37,551 nucleotides of DNA, taken from positions 1 to 37,551 of the forward strand of contig CAZIET010000002.1 of the NCBI GenBank assembly GCA_964538405.1, read 5' to 3'. The number at the start of each line of letters is the position of its first letter. Position 1 is the stretch's first letter. This DNA is from Candidatus Woesearchaeota archaeon. Its GTDB lineage: Archaea; Nanobdellota; Nanobdellia; Pacearchaeales; GW2011-AR1. Made by a program: the position numbers and the translations under genes. The notes under the pieces were generated by a model, which saw only the letters and a list, made by a program, of their open reading frames with translations, did not search any database and was not told the origin of the DNA. Positions 1 through 6,462 of the stretch are shown in pieces.

Positions 1-27
1 AATACCAATTCTTAGTAATAATGTAAA

Positions 28-315
28 ATGAAAAAGATATTTTATACACCTCATTTAAAATTAAGATTAAATGTTAGAAAATTTCCCGAAAATTATCCAA
101 GATTAGTCTATAAAAATCCCGAGATGAAATTTTTTGACAATCTGGAGAAAAATAAAATAGCTGTAAAAAGACTTAAATATGGCAATGGCATTAGAAATAT
201 TATGATAGCTTATGAAGAAAATAAGGACAAAATCAGCATAATAACGATTCATCCGATTTCGGACGAAAAAATAATAAACAGAACCCTGAGTGGGAGATGG
301 ACAGAAGATGAATAA
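28..315 (+). CDS. DUF4258-like small toxin candidate
   Basis: 95 aa. Size and the C-terminal ...ISIITIHPISD strand pattern resemble DUF4258. It overlaps the downstream DUF2283-like gene by 8 nt, a typical TA pair layout. Confidence 0.5.
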   Translation: MKKIFYTPHLKLRLNVRKFPENYPRLVYKNPEMKFFDNLEKNKIAVKRLKYGNGIRNIMIAYEENKDKISIITIHPISDEKIINRTLSGRWTEDE

Positions 316-505
316 AAAATATAACTATGATGCAGAATCAGATTCCCTTTTTATTAACCTTAAGGAAGGAGAAGAGGAGAGCTTTGAAGAAGTTGCTCCC
401 GGAATAAACATGGAGCTTGATAAAGATGGAGGGATTATAGGGATAGAAATTCTTAAGGCATCCCGTTTTATTAAGGATTTAAGGAAAGAGAATTTACCTG
501 TTTAA
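308..505 (+). CDS. DUF2283-like antitoxin candidate
   Basis: YNYDAESDSLFINL ... GGIIGIEILKAS matches the YD-x-E-x-D-x-L-x-I ... GIEIL hallmark of DUF2283. The ATG at 308 (overlapping the upstream stop) is preferred to the track start at 290. Confidence 0.65.
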   Translation: MNKKYNYDAESDSLFINLKEGEEESFEEVAPGINMELDKDGGIIGIEILKASRFIKDLRKENLPV

Positions 506-614
506 AAGGCAGAAATTCATTGAAAATTTAACAATTGAAAACCAAAATCTAAAAAATGAATTGGCAACATTGAAAAAATCCCTGTACAATCTTGGAGCAA
601 CTGAGTGGTGTTAG
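504..614 (+). repeat. Cassette-boundary element copy 1 (5'-truncated, most divergent)
   Basis: It starts at the stop codon of the preceding gene. The in-frame reading is KRQKFIENLTIENQNLKNELATLKKSLYNLGATEWC-stop (tag 612-614), with no start codon. The 3' flank aaatcaaatta is identical to that of copy 6. Confidence 0.85.
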
Positions 615-675
615 AAATCAAATTAATCTAGCATAAATTCCACAATAAATTTATATAATTCTACTCTTAACTTAA

Positions 676-1278
676 ATGATGGAGAGTGGAAAAGGATATA
701 TTCTTGAAGGGGATACAATAGTGATAAATAGGGATTTGACGGGTCTTGATATGTTCCTGAAAAGTTTTCTTAACATCCTGAAAAAGCATTCTGATTATCT
801 TGTTGTAAGTGGGTATGTAAGCATCTCAACAGGAAGGACAAGAGGAACAGAGGATATTGATGTCCTTGTGCCGGCCATAGAAAAAGGGAAATTCTCTAAT
901 TTGTTCCATGATCTGCAAAAGAACGGCTTCTGGTGCTATCAAGGAGACGCAATAGGAGAAGTTTATCCATACATCAAAAATATGGACAGCATCAGATTTG
1001 CCAAAACCAATGAGATGTTTCCAAACATAGAATTCATCCCAATCAATAAATTAAGGAAGGCAAAATATTTTGAGTTTACACATCCCCAGAATGCAAAAGT
1101 AAAGGATTTTGAATTCAAAATTCCACCAATTGAATTTGAGATACTATACAAAGAAATAATCTTGAAAGGAAAGAAAGACATTGAAGATGCCCAACATCTA
1201 AGGACATTTTTTTCAGATATGTTAAAAAAAGAAAGATTTAAAGAATATGAAAAAATAATAAGGGAAGAGTTAAAATGA
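676..1278 (+). CDS. Nucleotidyltransferase-fold protein (MNT/AbiEii-like TA component candidate)
   Basis: VVSGYVSISTGRTRGTEDIDVLV has the G[SG]...DxD signature of minimal NTases. An AT-rich TATA-like aaatttatataatt lies about 25 nt upstream of the ATG, suggesting a leaderless transcript. Confidence 0.55.
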   Translation: MMESGKGYILEGDTIVINRDLTGLDMFLKSFLNILKKHSDYLVVSGYVSISTGRTRGTEDIDVLVPAIEKGKFSNLFHDLQKNGFWCYQGDAIGEVYPYIKNMDSIRFAKTNEMFPNIEFIPINKLRKAKYFEFTHPQNAKVKDFEFKIPPIEFEILYKEIILKGKKDIEDAQHLRTFFSDMLKKERFKEYEKIIREELK

Positions 1279-1484
1279 AACCTATGAATAATTTGGATTA
1301 TGTTAAGGTGTATTCCAAGAAAATGAGACTTGATAAGAGTTTGTTTGATCAGCAAAAAAGGCTTATTGAAGATCAATTAAAATCCAGTTCATCTTTGTTT
1401 AGAGAAATGTTTAAAAATAAGGATTTTAAACTGAACGCGAGAAAATATCTGAAAAGTGTTGGGTTAATAAAAACCAAGATCTAA
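1275..1484 (+). CDS. Small helical protein, partner of the NTase-fold gene
   Basis: 69 aa with an ATGA stop/start overlap with the upstream gene. No family recognised. Confidence 0.4.
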   Translation: MKPMNNLDYVKVYSKKMRLDKSLFDQQKRLIEDQLKSSSSLFREMFKNKDFKLNARKYLKSVGLIKTKI

Positions 1485-1546
1485 AAAACGACAATTTTGC
1501 AATGAAACAATCCCTGTGCAATCTTGGAGCAACTGAGTGGTGCTGA
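1466..1546 (+). repeat. Cassette-boundary element copy 2 (A-type, 5'-truncated)
   Basis: In-frame reading NKNQDLKNDNFAMKQSLCNLGATEWC-stop (tga 1544-1546). The last 48 nt are identical to copy 4. It overlaps the final 19 nt of ORF 1275..1484 in another frame. Confidence 0.85.
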
Positions 1547-1562
1547 ATTGAGTTTAAAGGAA

Positions 1563-1922
1563 TTACTCTTTAATGCGAAATCCAAAAGAGGAAACAATGA
1601 AAAGTTTACCTTTAAACTCTGCTGGTTTAACTTTATCAAACAATTTTAAAAGAGATAAAAAGAGCACATCAATTTTTGGAGGATGTATGTCCATGAAAAT
1701 TATACCTGGGTGTTCTTTTGGAGGAAATAACCTCCTGTTAATGAAATGTTTGTCAAAAGTCAGCATTATCCTTGATTTTTCTTTTGCTATTTTTGAGATT
1801 TGTCTGTCTGTTGAACCTAAAGGGACAATATTAACATTAAATCCTTTCTGCCTTAACAATTCAGTTAGCTTGGCCGGGACGTTTTCATCAGAAAGAAGGT
1901 TTGGCTTATCGGAATAAAACAT
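1563..1922 (-). CDS. DUF5615-like PIN-fold toxin candidate
   Basis: LLSDENVP ... IMLTFDKHF ... GIIFMDIHP parallels the paralog at 2603..2959 (FLDANIP ... ILVTKDLDF ... GVIILRL). It overlaps the DUF433 gene by 17 nt. Confidence 0.6.
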   Translation of the reverse strand: MFYSDKPNLLSDENVPAKLTELLRQKGFNVNIVPLGSTDRQISKIAKEKSRIMLTFDKHFINRRLFPPKEHPGIIFMDIHPPKIDVLFLSLLKLFDKVKPAEFKGKLFIVSSFGFRIKE

Positions 1923-2142
1923 ATTTTTCGTCCTCTACAAGTTTGGAGGCATGGCTCAAAACAGATAAAACAGCTTTCCTACTAATCTGTGGAAAATAAT
2001 CTTTTATAATCTCATCAACAGTTACCCCACCTGCAAGCAACTCCAATACTTGCCAAATCATAATCCTTGTTCCCTTAAATACGGGTTTTCCCTCACAGAC
2101 TTCACTATCTGCAACAATATATTCATTTATTTCTACTCTCAT
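1906..2142 (-). CDS. DUF433 antitoxin-like protein
   Basis: CEGKPVFKGTRIMIWQVLELLAGGVTVDEIIKDY matches the G-K-P-x-I-x-G-T-R-I ... G-x-S-x-E-E-I signature of DUF433. Confidence 0.75.
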   Translation of the reverse strand: MRVEINEYIVADSEVCEGKPVFKGTRIMIWQVLELLAGGVTVDEIIKDYFPQISRKAVLSVLSHASKLVEDEKYVLFR

Positions 2143-2179
2143 AAAATAATAATATTGCGGAACTATTTAAATTTTTGTA

Positions 2180-2336
2180 ATGTCTTTTCTACAAAATCCT
2201 CCAAGAACAGCAAAAATTCATTAAAAATCTTACAATAAAAAACAAAGATTTGAAATTAAACATCACAATTTTAATGAAAGACAATGCTGCAATGAAACAA
2301 TCTTTATGTAATCTTGGAGCGAGTGAGTGGTGCTAG
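2180..2336 (+). repeat. Cassette-boundary element copy 3 (B-type, with a 21-nt in-frame insertion)
   Basis: In-frame part 2202-2336: QEQQKFIKNLTIKNKDLK[LNITILM]KDNAAMKQSLCNLGASEWC-stop (tag). The conserved ATG at 2180 is one nucleotide out of frame with it. Confidence 0.85.
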
Positions 2337-2349
2337 AAAAGCTTAAATA
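2337..2349 (+). promoter_or_regulatory. BRE/TATA-like box carried by the 3' flank of B-type repeat copies
   Basis: aaaagcttaaata directly follows the repeat stop codon. The same 13-mer follows copy 5. It lies about 25 nt upstream of the ATG at 2371, spacing that fits a leaderless archaeal transcript. Confidence 0.45.
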
Positions 2350-2364
2350 TTCTAAGAGCGTTTA

Positions 2365-2601
2365 GTGAATATGGGAAATATTATTGTGAATGAAAAAATA
2401 AGGCACGGAAAACCGGTAATAAAAGGAACAAGGGTAACTGTGGATGAAATATTAGGGGCATTAATAGGTGGAATGTCTTATGAAGAGATAGAGCGAGAAT
2501 ATGGGGTAATAAAAGAGGACATAATTGCAACAATAGAATACGCAGCTTCTTTAATTAAGGGTGAAGAAGTGCACAAGTTCAAGGATAAATTACCTGTCTA
2601 A
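2365..2601 (+). CDS. DUF433 antitoxin-like protein
   Basis: RHGKPVIKGTRVTVDEILGALIGGMSYEEIEREY is the DUF433 signature. The likely true start is the ATG at 2371 (the track start is GTG). Confidence 0.75.
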   Translation: MNMGNIIVNEKIRHGKPVIKGTRVTVDEILGALIGGMSYEEIEREYGVIKEDIIATIEYAASLIKGEEVHKFKDKLPV

Positions 2602-2602
2602 A

Positions 2603-2959
2603 ATGAAGTTTTTCCTTGATGCAAATATACCTAACTCTTCAACTGGTATTTTCAAAGAACTTAATTATGACGTCCAACATGCAAGAGATATTGGCATGGC
2701 TAATTCTTTAGATAGTGAAATAATTAATTATTCTACAAAAAACAAGCGAATTTTGGTTACTAAGGATTTAGATTTTGGCAACATACTAAATTACCCAGTA
2801 AAATCGCATGTAGGAGTTATAATTTTAAGACTTCCTTTTTATTACAATGCAAAACAAATCAATAGGGTTTTACTAAATTTCCTCATGATAGTTAAAGAAA
2901 AAGAAATTAAAAATTCTGTTACTATTTTAGAAATTGGGAGATATAGGACACGAAAATGA
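2603..2959 (+). CDS. DUF5615-like PIN-fold toxin candidate
   Basis: MKFFLDANIPNSS ... ILVTKDLDFGN ... GVIILRL. An ATG at 2603 just after the DUF433 stop is preferred to the track start at 2561. Confidence 0.6.
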   Translation: MKFFLDANIPNSSTGIFKELNYDVQHARDIGMANSLDSEIINYSTKNKRILVTKDLDFGNILNYPVKSHVGVIILRLPFYYNAKQINRVLLNFLMIVKEKEIKNSVTILEIGRYRTRK

Positions 2960-3094
2960 ATGCGTCCGTTTCGACAAATTCAAGAACAGCAAAAATTCAT
3001 TGAAAATCTTACAATAGAAAACCAGAATTTGAAAAAAGACAATGCTGCAATGAAACAATCCCTGTGCAATCTTGGAGCAACTGAGTGGTGCTGA
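2960..3094 (+). CDS. Intact 44-aa coiled-coil peptide ORF, which is cassette-boundary element copy 4 (A-type)
   Basis: The ATG at 2960 abuts the TGA of the upstream gene (tgaatg). Product: MRPFRQIQEQQKFIENLTIENQNLKKDNAAMKQSLCNLGATEWC-stop. It is below the ORF-track size cutoff. Synonymous-biased divergence among copies supports it as coding. Confidence 0.6.
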   Translation: MRPFRQIQEQQKFIENLTIENQNLKKDNAAMKQSLCNLGATEWC

Positions 3095-3098
3095 GAAA

Positions 3099-3515
3099 TT
3101 ATAAACTTTCAAAAGTATCTAATAGCTCCCTTGGAGAAATTATCCTGACCCTATTCTGCTTTTTGAGGCCCTTATCCCCTGAGAATATTGGGCACTTTAA
3201 CTTTAACGCAAGCGCCAGATAAGGTGCATCCTTAAAATTTAGTTTAAATGCCTCTTGCAATTTATCGGCAAACTCTGAAGAATGGACTACTACAATTTGC
3301 TCTTTTATGAAAGATAGTATCTCCAAAACATCTCTTTTTGGCAATTTTGTTTCATTTAGAATTCTTGTCATTTTGGAATCAAGTTCGGAAAACATAAATT
3401 CGGGAGATACAAATTCAAATTTTCTGAACAATTTATTTTTCTCAAATATCTCGAAACTATTGCCCCTATTTACAAGGGCTGAAAAGATCACATTCACATC
3501 AACTACGATCAGCAT
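3099..3515 (-). CDS. PIN-domain protein (VapC-like toxin candidate)
   Basis: MLIVVDVNVIFSAL ... DAPYLALALKLKCPIFSGDKGL shows the acidic residues in the positions expected of PIN. It is a paralog of 4216..4611. Confidence 0.7.
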   Translation of the reverse strand: MLIVVDVNVIFSALVNRGNSFEIFEKNKLFRKFEFVSPEFMFSELDSKMTRILNETKLPKRDVLEILSFIKEQIVVVHSSEFADKLQEAFKLNFKDAPYLALALKLKCPIFSGDKGLKKQNRVRIISPRELLDTFESL

Positions 3516-3527
3516 TTATACCCATCC

Positions 3528-3758
3528 TTATGACTTTGATAATCGCTCGTATCTTCTTGCAAGGGAAAGATTTATTTCATCAGACAATTCATCAGCTTTT
3601 TCTTCTGTTAATTTTGACTTGGAAACATTCTGCTTTGCTCGTGCTATTCTCTCTAATTCTTCGTTTATTTTCCTTGCTATAACTAACTGCCAGTTTATTT
3701 TTTTAGACATGGCAAGTTCTTTCAGTTCATCAGGTATCTTTACTCTTATCTCTACCAT
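3528..3758 (-). CDS. Small antitoxin candidate upstream of PIN gene
   Basis: 76 aa. An N-terminal VKIPDELKE strand followed by helices is RHH/CopG-like. It ends 12 nt before the PIN gene start. Confidence 0.45.
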   Translation of the reverse strand: MVEIRVKIPDELKELAMSKKINWQLVIARKINEELERIARAKQNVSKSKLTEEKADELSDEINLSLARRYERLSKS

Positions 3759-3796
3759 GTGGAGTTCAAGCCTAAAAACTATATAAATCTTTTCTT

Positions 3797-3950
3797 AATG
3801 CTACGACAGGTTTGCTCCTGTTTTGACGGAAGCTATACAGGAACAGCAGCAATTCATTGAAAATTTAACAATTGAAAATCAAGATTTGAAAAATGATAAT
3901 GCTGCAATGAAACAATCTTTATGTAATCTTGGAGCGAGTGAGTGGTGCTA
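3797..3950 (+). repeat. Cassette-boundary element copy 5 (B-type, longest 5' extension)
   Basis: In-frame 3798-3950: CYDRFAPVLTEAIQEQQQFIENLTIENQDLKNDNAAMKQSLCNLGASEWC-stop (tag). The ATG at 3797 is one nt out of frame. About 66 nt are identical to copy 3, including the flank aaaagcttaaata. Confidence 0.85.
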
Positions 3951-3963
3951 GAAAAGCTTAAAT
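3951..3963 (+). promoter_or_regulatory. BRE/TATA-like box carried by the 3' flank of B-type repeat copies
   Basis: aaaagcttaaata lies about 25 nt upstream of the ATG at 3986. It is identical to 2337-2349. Confidence 0.45.
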
Positions 3964-3985
3964 AAAAGCAGACTTATGATTAATC

Positions 3986-4219
3986 ATGGAAACAATTATT
4001 AAGATTCCGAAAGAACTAGAAACTGACTTAAGGAGGTTTGTTCATGAGCTTGGGTTTAGTGGAGACTCTGAGTTTGTTGAGGAAGCTGTAAAGGATAAAG
4101 TTCTGGAGTTAAAAAGGAAGGAATTTTTTAAAGTCAGCGACAAAATTGCACAGGCACTTAACGGAAAAGGAATTAATCACAGAGAAATGCTGGAAGATTT
4201 TGAAAAATCTAGAGAATGA
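3986..4219 (+). CDS. Small antitoxin candidate (RHH/CopG-like)
   Basis: 77 aa with an N-terminal IIKIPKELETDL strand followed by helices. ATGA overlap with the downstream PIN gene. Confidence 0.5.
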   Translation: METIIKIPKELETDLRRFVHELGFSGDSEFVEEAVKDKVLELKRKEFFKVSDKIAQALNGKGINHREMLEDFEKSRE

Positions 4220-4611
4220 AAATCAAGATTGCAGTGGATGCGACACCAATTGTTTCTGCGTTAATAGGTGGTGTGAGTAGAAGTGTTTTATTTAACCGCA
4301 GATTTGAATTTATCTCAACAGAATATACTTTTGAAGAAGTAAAAAAATATACTGGAATAATATCCAAAAAATCAGGGGTTAGTGCAGATGAAGTTAGAAA
4401 GGCATTAAACTTTCTTCCAATCAGGGTATATCCAAAAAAGCACTATAAAAAAGATATTCAAAAAGCCAATAAAATTATCGGTAAAATAGACAAAAAAGAT
4501 GCTGATATCTTAGCTTTAGGCCTTAAAGAAAAATGCCATATTTGGAGTGAAGATAAAGATTTCAGGAACAATAAAGAAATAATGTTAATAAGAACTAAAG
4601 ATTTAATCTGA
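4216..4611 (+). CDS. PIN-domain protein (VapC-like toxin candidate)
   Basis: KIAVDATPIVSAL ... DADILALGLKEKCHIWSEDKDF. It has the same family pattern as 3099..3515. Confidence 0.7.
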   Translation: MKIKIAVDATPIVSALIGGVSRSVLFNRRFEFISTEYTFEEVKKYTGIISKKSGVSADEVRKALNFLPIRVYPKKHYKKDIQKANKIIGKIDKKDADILALGLKEKCHIWSEDKDFRNNKEIMLIRTKDLI

Positions 4612-4674
4612 ATATTAAAAATAATCTGGGATAAGGATGGAAAAGAATAAAGAAATAACATAAATAACTTTGCG

Positions 4675-4734
4675 AACGACAATCCTGCAATGAAACAATC
4701 TTTATGCCAATTGGGAGCAGCTGAATGGTGCTAG
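4675..4734 (+). repeat. Cassette-boundary element copy 6 (shortest; defines the common core)
   Basis: In-frame NDNPAMKQSLCQLGAAEWC-stop (tag 4732-4734), followed by aaatcaaatta as in copy 1. It is the last copy before core-type genes. Confidence 0.8.
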
Positions 4735-4803
4735 AAATCAAATTAGTTTGGATTGATTATTATAATAGAAAACCTTTTTATTCTTCCTTTATTTAATTAT
4801 TGA

Positions 4804-5880
4804 ATGAAAAGGGCGTGTATAATTTTGTTTTTGATTTTTCTTCCATTAGTGGATGCAGATGTTGTTTCTGTAAATTCAGGGGGAAGTTCTGGGGTCGTTG
4901 TAAGCTCTAATTCAATTATAGAAGGGTTTTTTACCAACTTATCTTTATGCGGAAATTCTTACACTGAAATAGGAGAGCAATGCGATGACGGAAACACAAA
5001 TAACGGAGACGGATGTTCAAGTTCTTGTTTGACCGAAGCAACTACCACTACTACAACAGGTGCTGATGCTGGGGGCGGGGGAGGTGGAAGTGGCGGAAGT
5101 GGTTCATCTTCACCATTAATTACTGCAAAAGACCTATTTGTTGATCCTCCAGAGTTGAGCATAATTGTGGTAAAAGGGGTGGAAGAACACACAGAAATAA
5201 TTTTTATTAACAAAGGTGATCTTCCCCTGCAAATTGCAATGGAAATTAGCGGTGATGACATAAAAAGTGTGTTGACAAGTGAAGAAAACCTGTTCTCACT
5301 TAATCCTGGGCAGCAAAAAGTTCTGATTTTAAAAGTCAATGTGCAGTCTGAGGAACTTCTTACTGGGAAAATAATAGTAAAGTATTCCGGATTTACGAAA
5401 GAAATTCCTGTTGTAATAGCGCCCCAATCGGAAAATTTTCTTTTTGATATATCTGTTTTTTTGGGAAGCGCGTTTAAGAAAATAATTGCCGGAAACAAGC
5501 TTGATGCCCAATTTAATTTATTGGAAGTTAATGTAAAAGAAAAAGTAGATGTTACTGCTACATATGTCATAAAAGATTTTGACGGGAACAAGCATTACGA
5601 GTCAAGTGAAACTTTCTTTGTGCTGGGAGAAAAGACTTATTATAAGGAGTTTCCTACTGAAACGCTGCCTGCCGGAAGGTATGTTCTGGGATTTGAAATT
5701 GTTTATCCCCAGGCCTTTGCAGTTTCATCGGCTACTTTCGAGGTTGTTGATCCATTGAAATTTAATTACAAGTTTTTGATTATAGGGATAACAATTCTTG
5801 GGACAGTGGTTGTTTTATGGTTGGCAAAAAGAATTTTTTTCAGGAATGCTGATGAAAAACAGCAAGGTTTAAATGGTTAA
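4804..5880 (+). CDS. Surface protein: signal peptide, Cys-rich repeat, T/G/S linker, two beta-rich domains, C-terminal TM anchor
   Basis: The N-terminal hydrophobic segment is MKRACIILFLIFLPLV. CGNSYTEIGEQCDDGNTNNGDGCSSSC matches the Cys-rich repeat pattern C-x-x-G-E-x-C-D-D-G-N-x-x-x-G-D-G-C. The linker is TTTTTGADAGGGGGGSGGSGSS. The C-terminal helix is FLIIGITILGTVVVLWL followed by basic residues. Confidence 0.7.
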   Translation: MKRACIILFLIFLPLVDADVVSVNSGGSSGVVVSSNSIIEGFFTNLSLCGNSYTEIGEQCDDGNTNNGDGCSSSCLTEATTTTTTGADAGGGGGGSGGSGSSSPLITAKDLFVDPPELSIIVVKGVEEHTEIIFINKGDLPLQIAMEISGDDIKSVLTSEENLFSLNPGQQKVLILKVNVQSEELLTGKIIVKYSGFTKEIPVVIAPQSENFLFDISVFLGSAFKKIIAGNKLDAQFNLLEVNVKEKVDVTATYVIKDFDGNKHYESSETFFVLGEKTYYKEFPTETLPAGRYVLGFEIVYPQAFAVSSATFEVVDPLKFNYKFLIIGITILGTVVVLWLAKRIFFRNADEKQQGLNG

Positions 5881-5925
5881 ACAATTCTGTTGTGTAGCAA
5901 CATTTATATAGCATTATACATTTAA

Positions 5926-6462
5926 ATGTATCACATGATACAAAAATGTAGCCTAATTGCTGTTCTTGAAGTGTTTTTTAAAGAGCCTACTTCTATACAT
6001 TTTGTAAGAGAGATAGGAAGAAAAATCAGCTTAGCGCAGACATCTGTTAGAAACCATATAAAAGAACTTGAAAAAAACGGCCTTGTTGTGAGGCAGGAAT
6101 CAAAACCTTTCGATGGGTTGGTTGCAAATAGGGAAAATGAAAAATTTATTTTTTATAAACGGGTCTACAATATGCACTCTCTTTGTGATCTAAAAGATTC
6201 AATTGTTCAATTAATGCATCCAAGAGCGATAATCGTTTTTGGTTCTTATCAGAGAGGAGAGGATATGGAGAAGAGCGACATAGACATTCTTGTCTTGTCA
6301 AGGGTCAAGAAAGAAATAAATCTCAAAAAATTCGAGAAATTGTTGAATAGAAAAATAAATATCAATTTTGTGAATAATTTAAAGAATTTAGATCTTCCTT
6401 TAAGGATTAATATTTTGAGCGGACTGACATTATATGGGGGGATAAATGAGGGAGATATTTAA
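5926..6462 (+). CDS. wHTH + minimal nucleotidyltransferase (MNT) protein
   Basis: An N-terminal winged-helix-like segment is followed by GSYQRGEDMEKSDIDILV (GS-x10-DxD). Confidence 0.7.
   Translation: MYHMIQKCSLIAVLEVFFKEPTSIHFVREIGRKISLAQTSVRNHIKELEKNGLVVRQESKPFDGLVANRENEKFIFYKRVYNMHSLCDLKDSIVQLMHPRAIIVFGSYQRGEDMEKSDIDILVLSRVKKEINLKKFEKLLNRKININFVNNLKNLDLPLRINILSGLTLYGGINEGDI

Larger units (their letters stand above)
1..4745 (+). mobile_element. Repeat-punctuated accessory cassette array: six TA-like two-gene cassettes separated by six direct copies of one element; open at the left window edge
   Basis: Direct + strand copies lie at 504-614, 1466-1546, 2180-2336, 2960-3094, 3797-3950 and 4675-4734. 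Two core variants: gcaatgaaacaatccctgtgcaatcttggagcaactgagtggtgctga and gcaatgaaacaatctttatgtaatcttggagcgagtgagtggtgctag. Cassettes are 0.5-0.9 kb in either orientation. No recombinase gene lies inside the window. Confidence 0.6.

Noticed and set aside
963-1376. Antisense ORF of 137 aa
   Set aside because: It lies opposite the NTase-fold gene. The F/L/S/I-rich low-complexity sequence is typical of the reverse strand of a K/E-rich AT-rich gene.
1573-1917. Plus-strand ORF of 114 aa
   Set aside because: It is the shadow of the DUF5615-like gene on the minus strand, which has recognisable motifs and an overlapping DUF433 partner.
3307-3786. Plus-strand ORF of 159 aa
   Set aside because: It spans two minus-strand genes (PIN and its antitoxin) and has S/F/N-rich low-complexity sequence.
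504-4734. CRISPR array interpretation of the six direct repeats
   Set aside because: The repeats are 60-155 nt long and of unequal length. The spacers between them are 0.5-0.9 kb and contain complete genes. The repeats carry an open reading frame ending in a stop codon. No cas genes are present.
504-4734. Canonical integron attC sites
   Set aside because: I could not find RYYYAAC/GTTRRRY boxes at the element ends or a long imperfect palindrome. Only a 7-bp TTCATTG/CAATGAA complementarity is visible. This is not fully excluded, because it needs a covariance-model scan that I cannot run.
4959-5591. Minus-strand ORF of 210 aa, and the nested 5329..5511
   Set aside because: These are antisense to the surface-protein gene. 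The PPPPPP/VVVVV runs mirror the GGGGGG/TTTT linker of the real gene.
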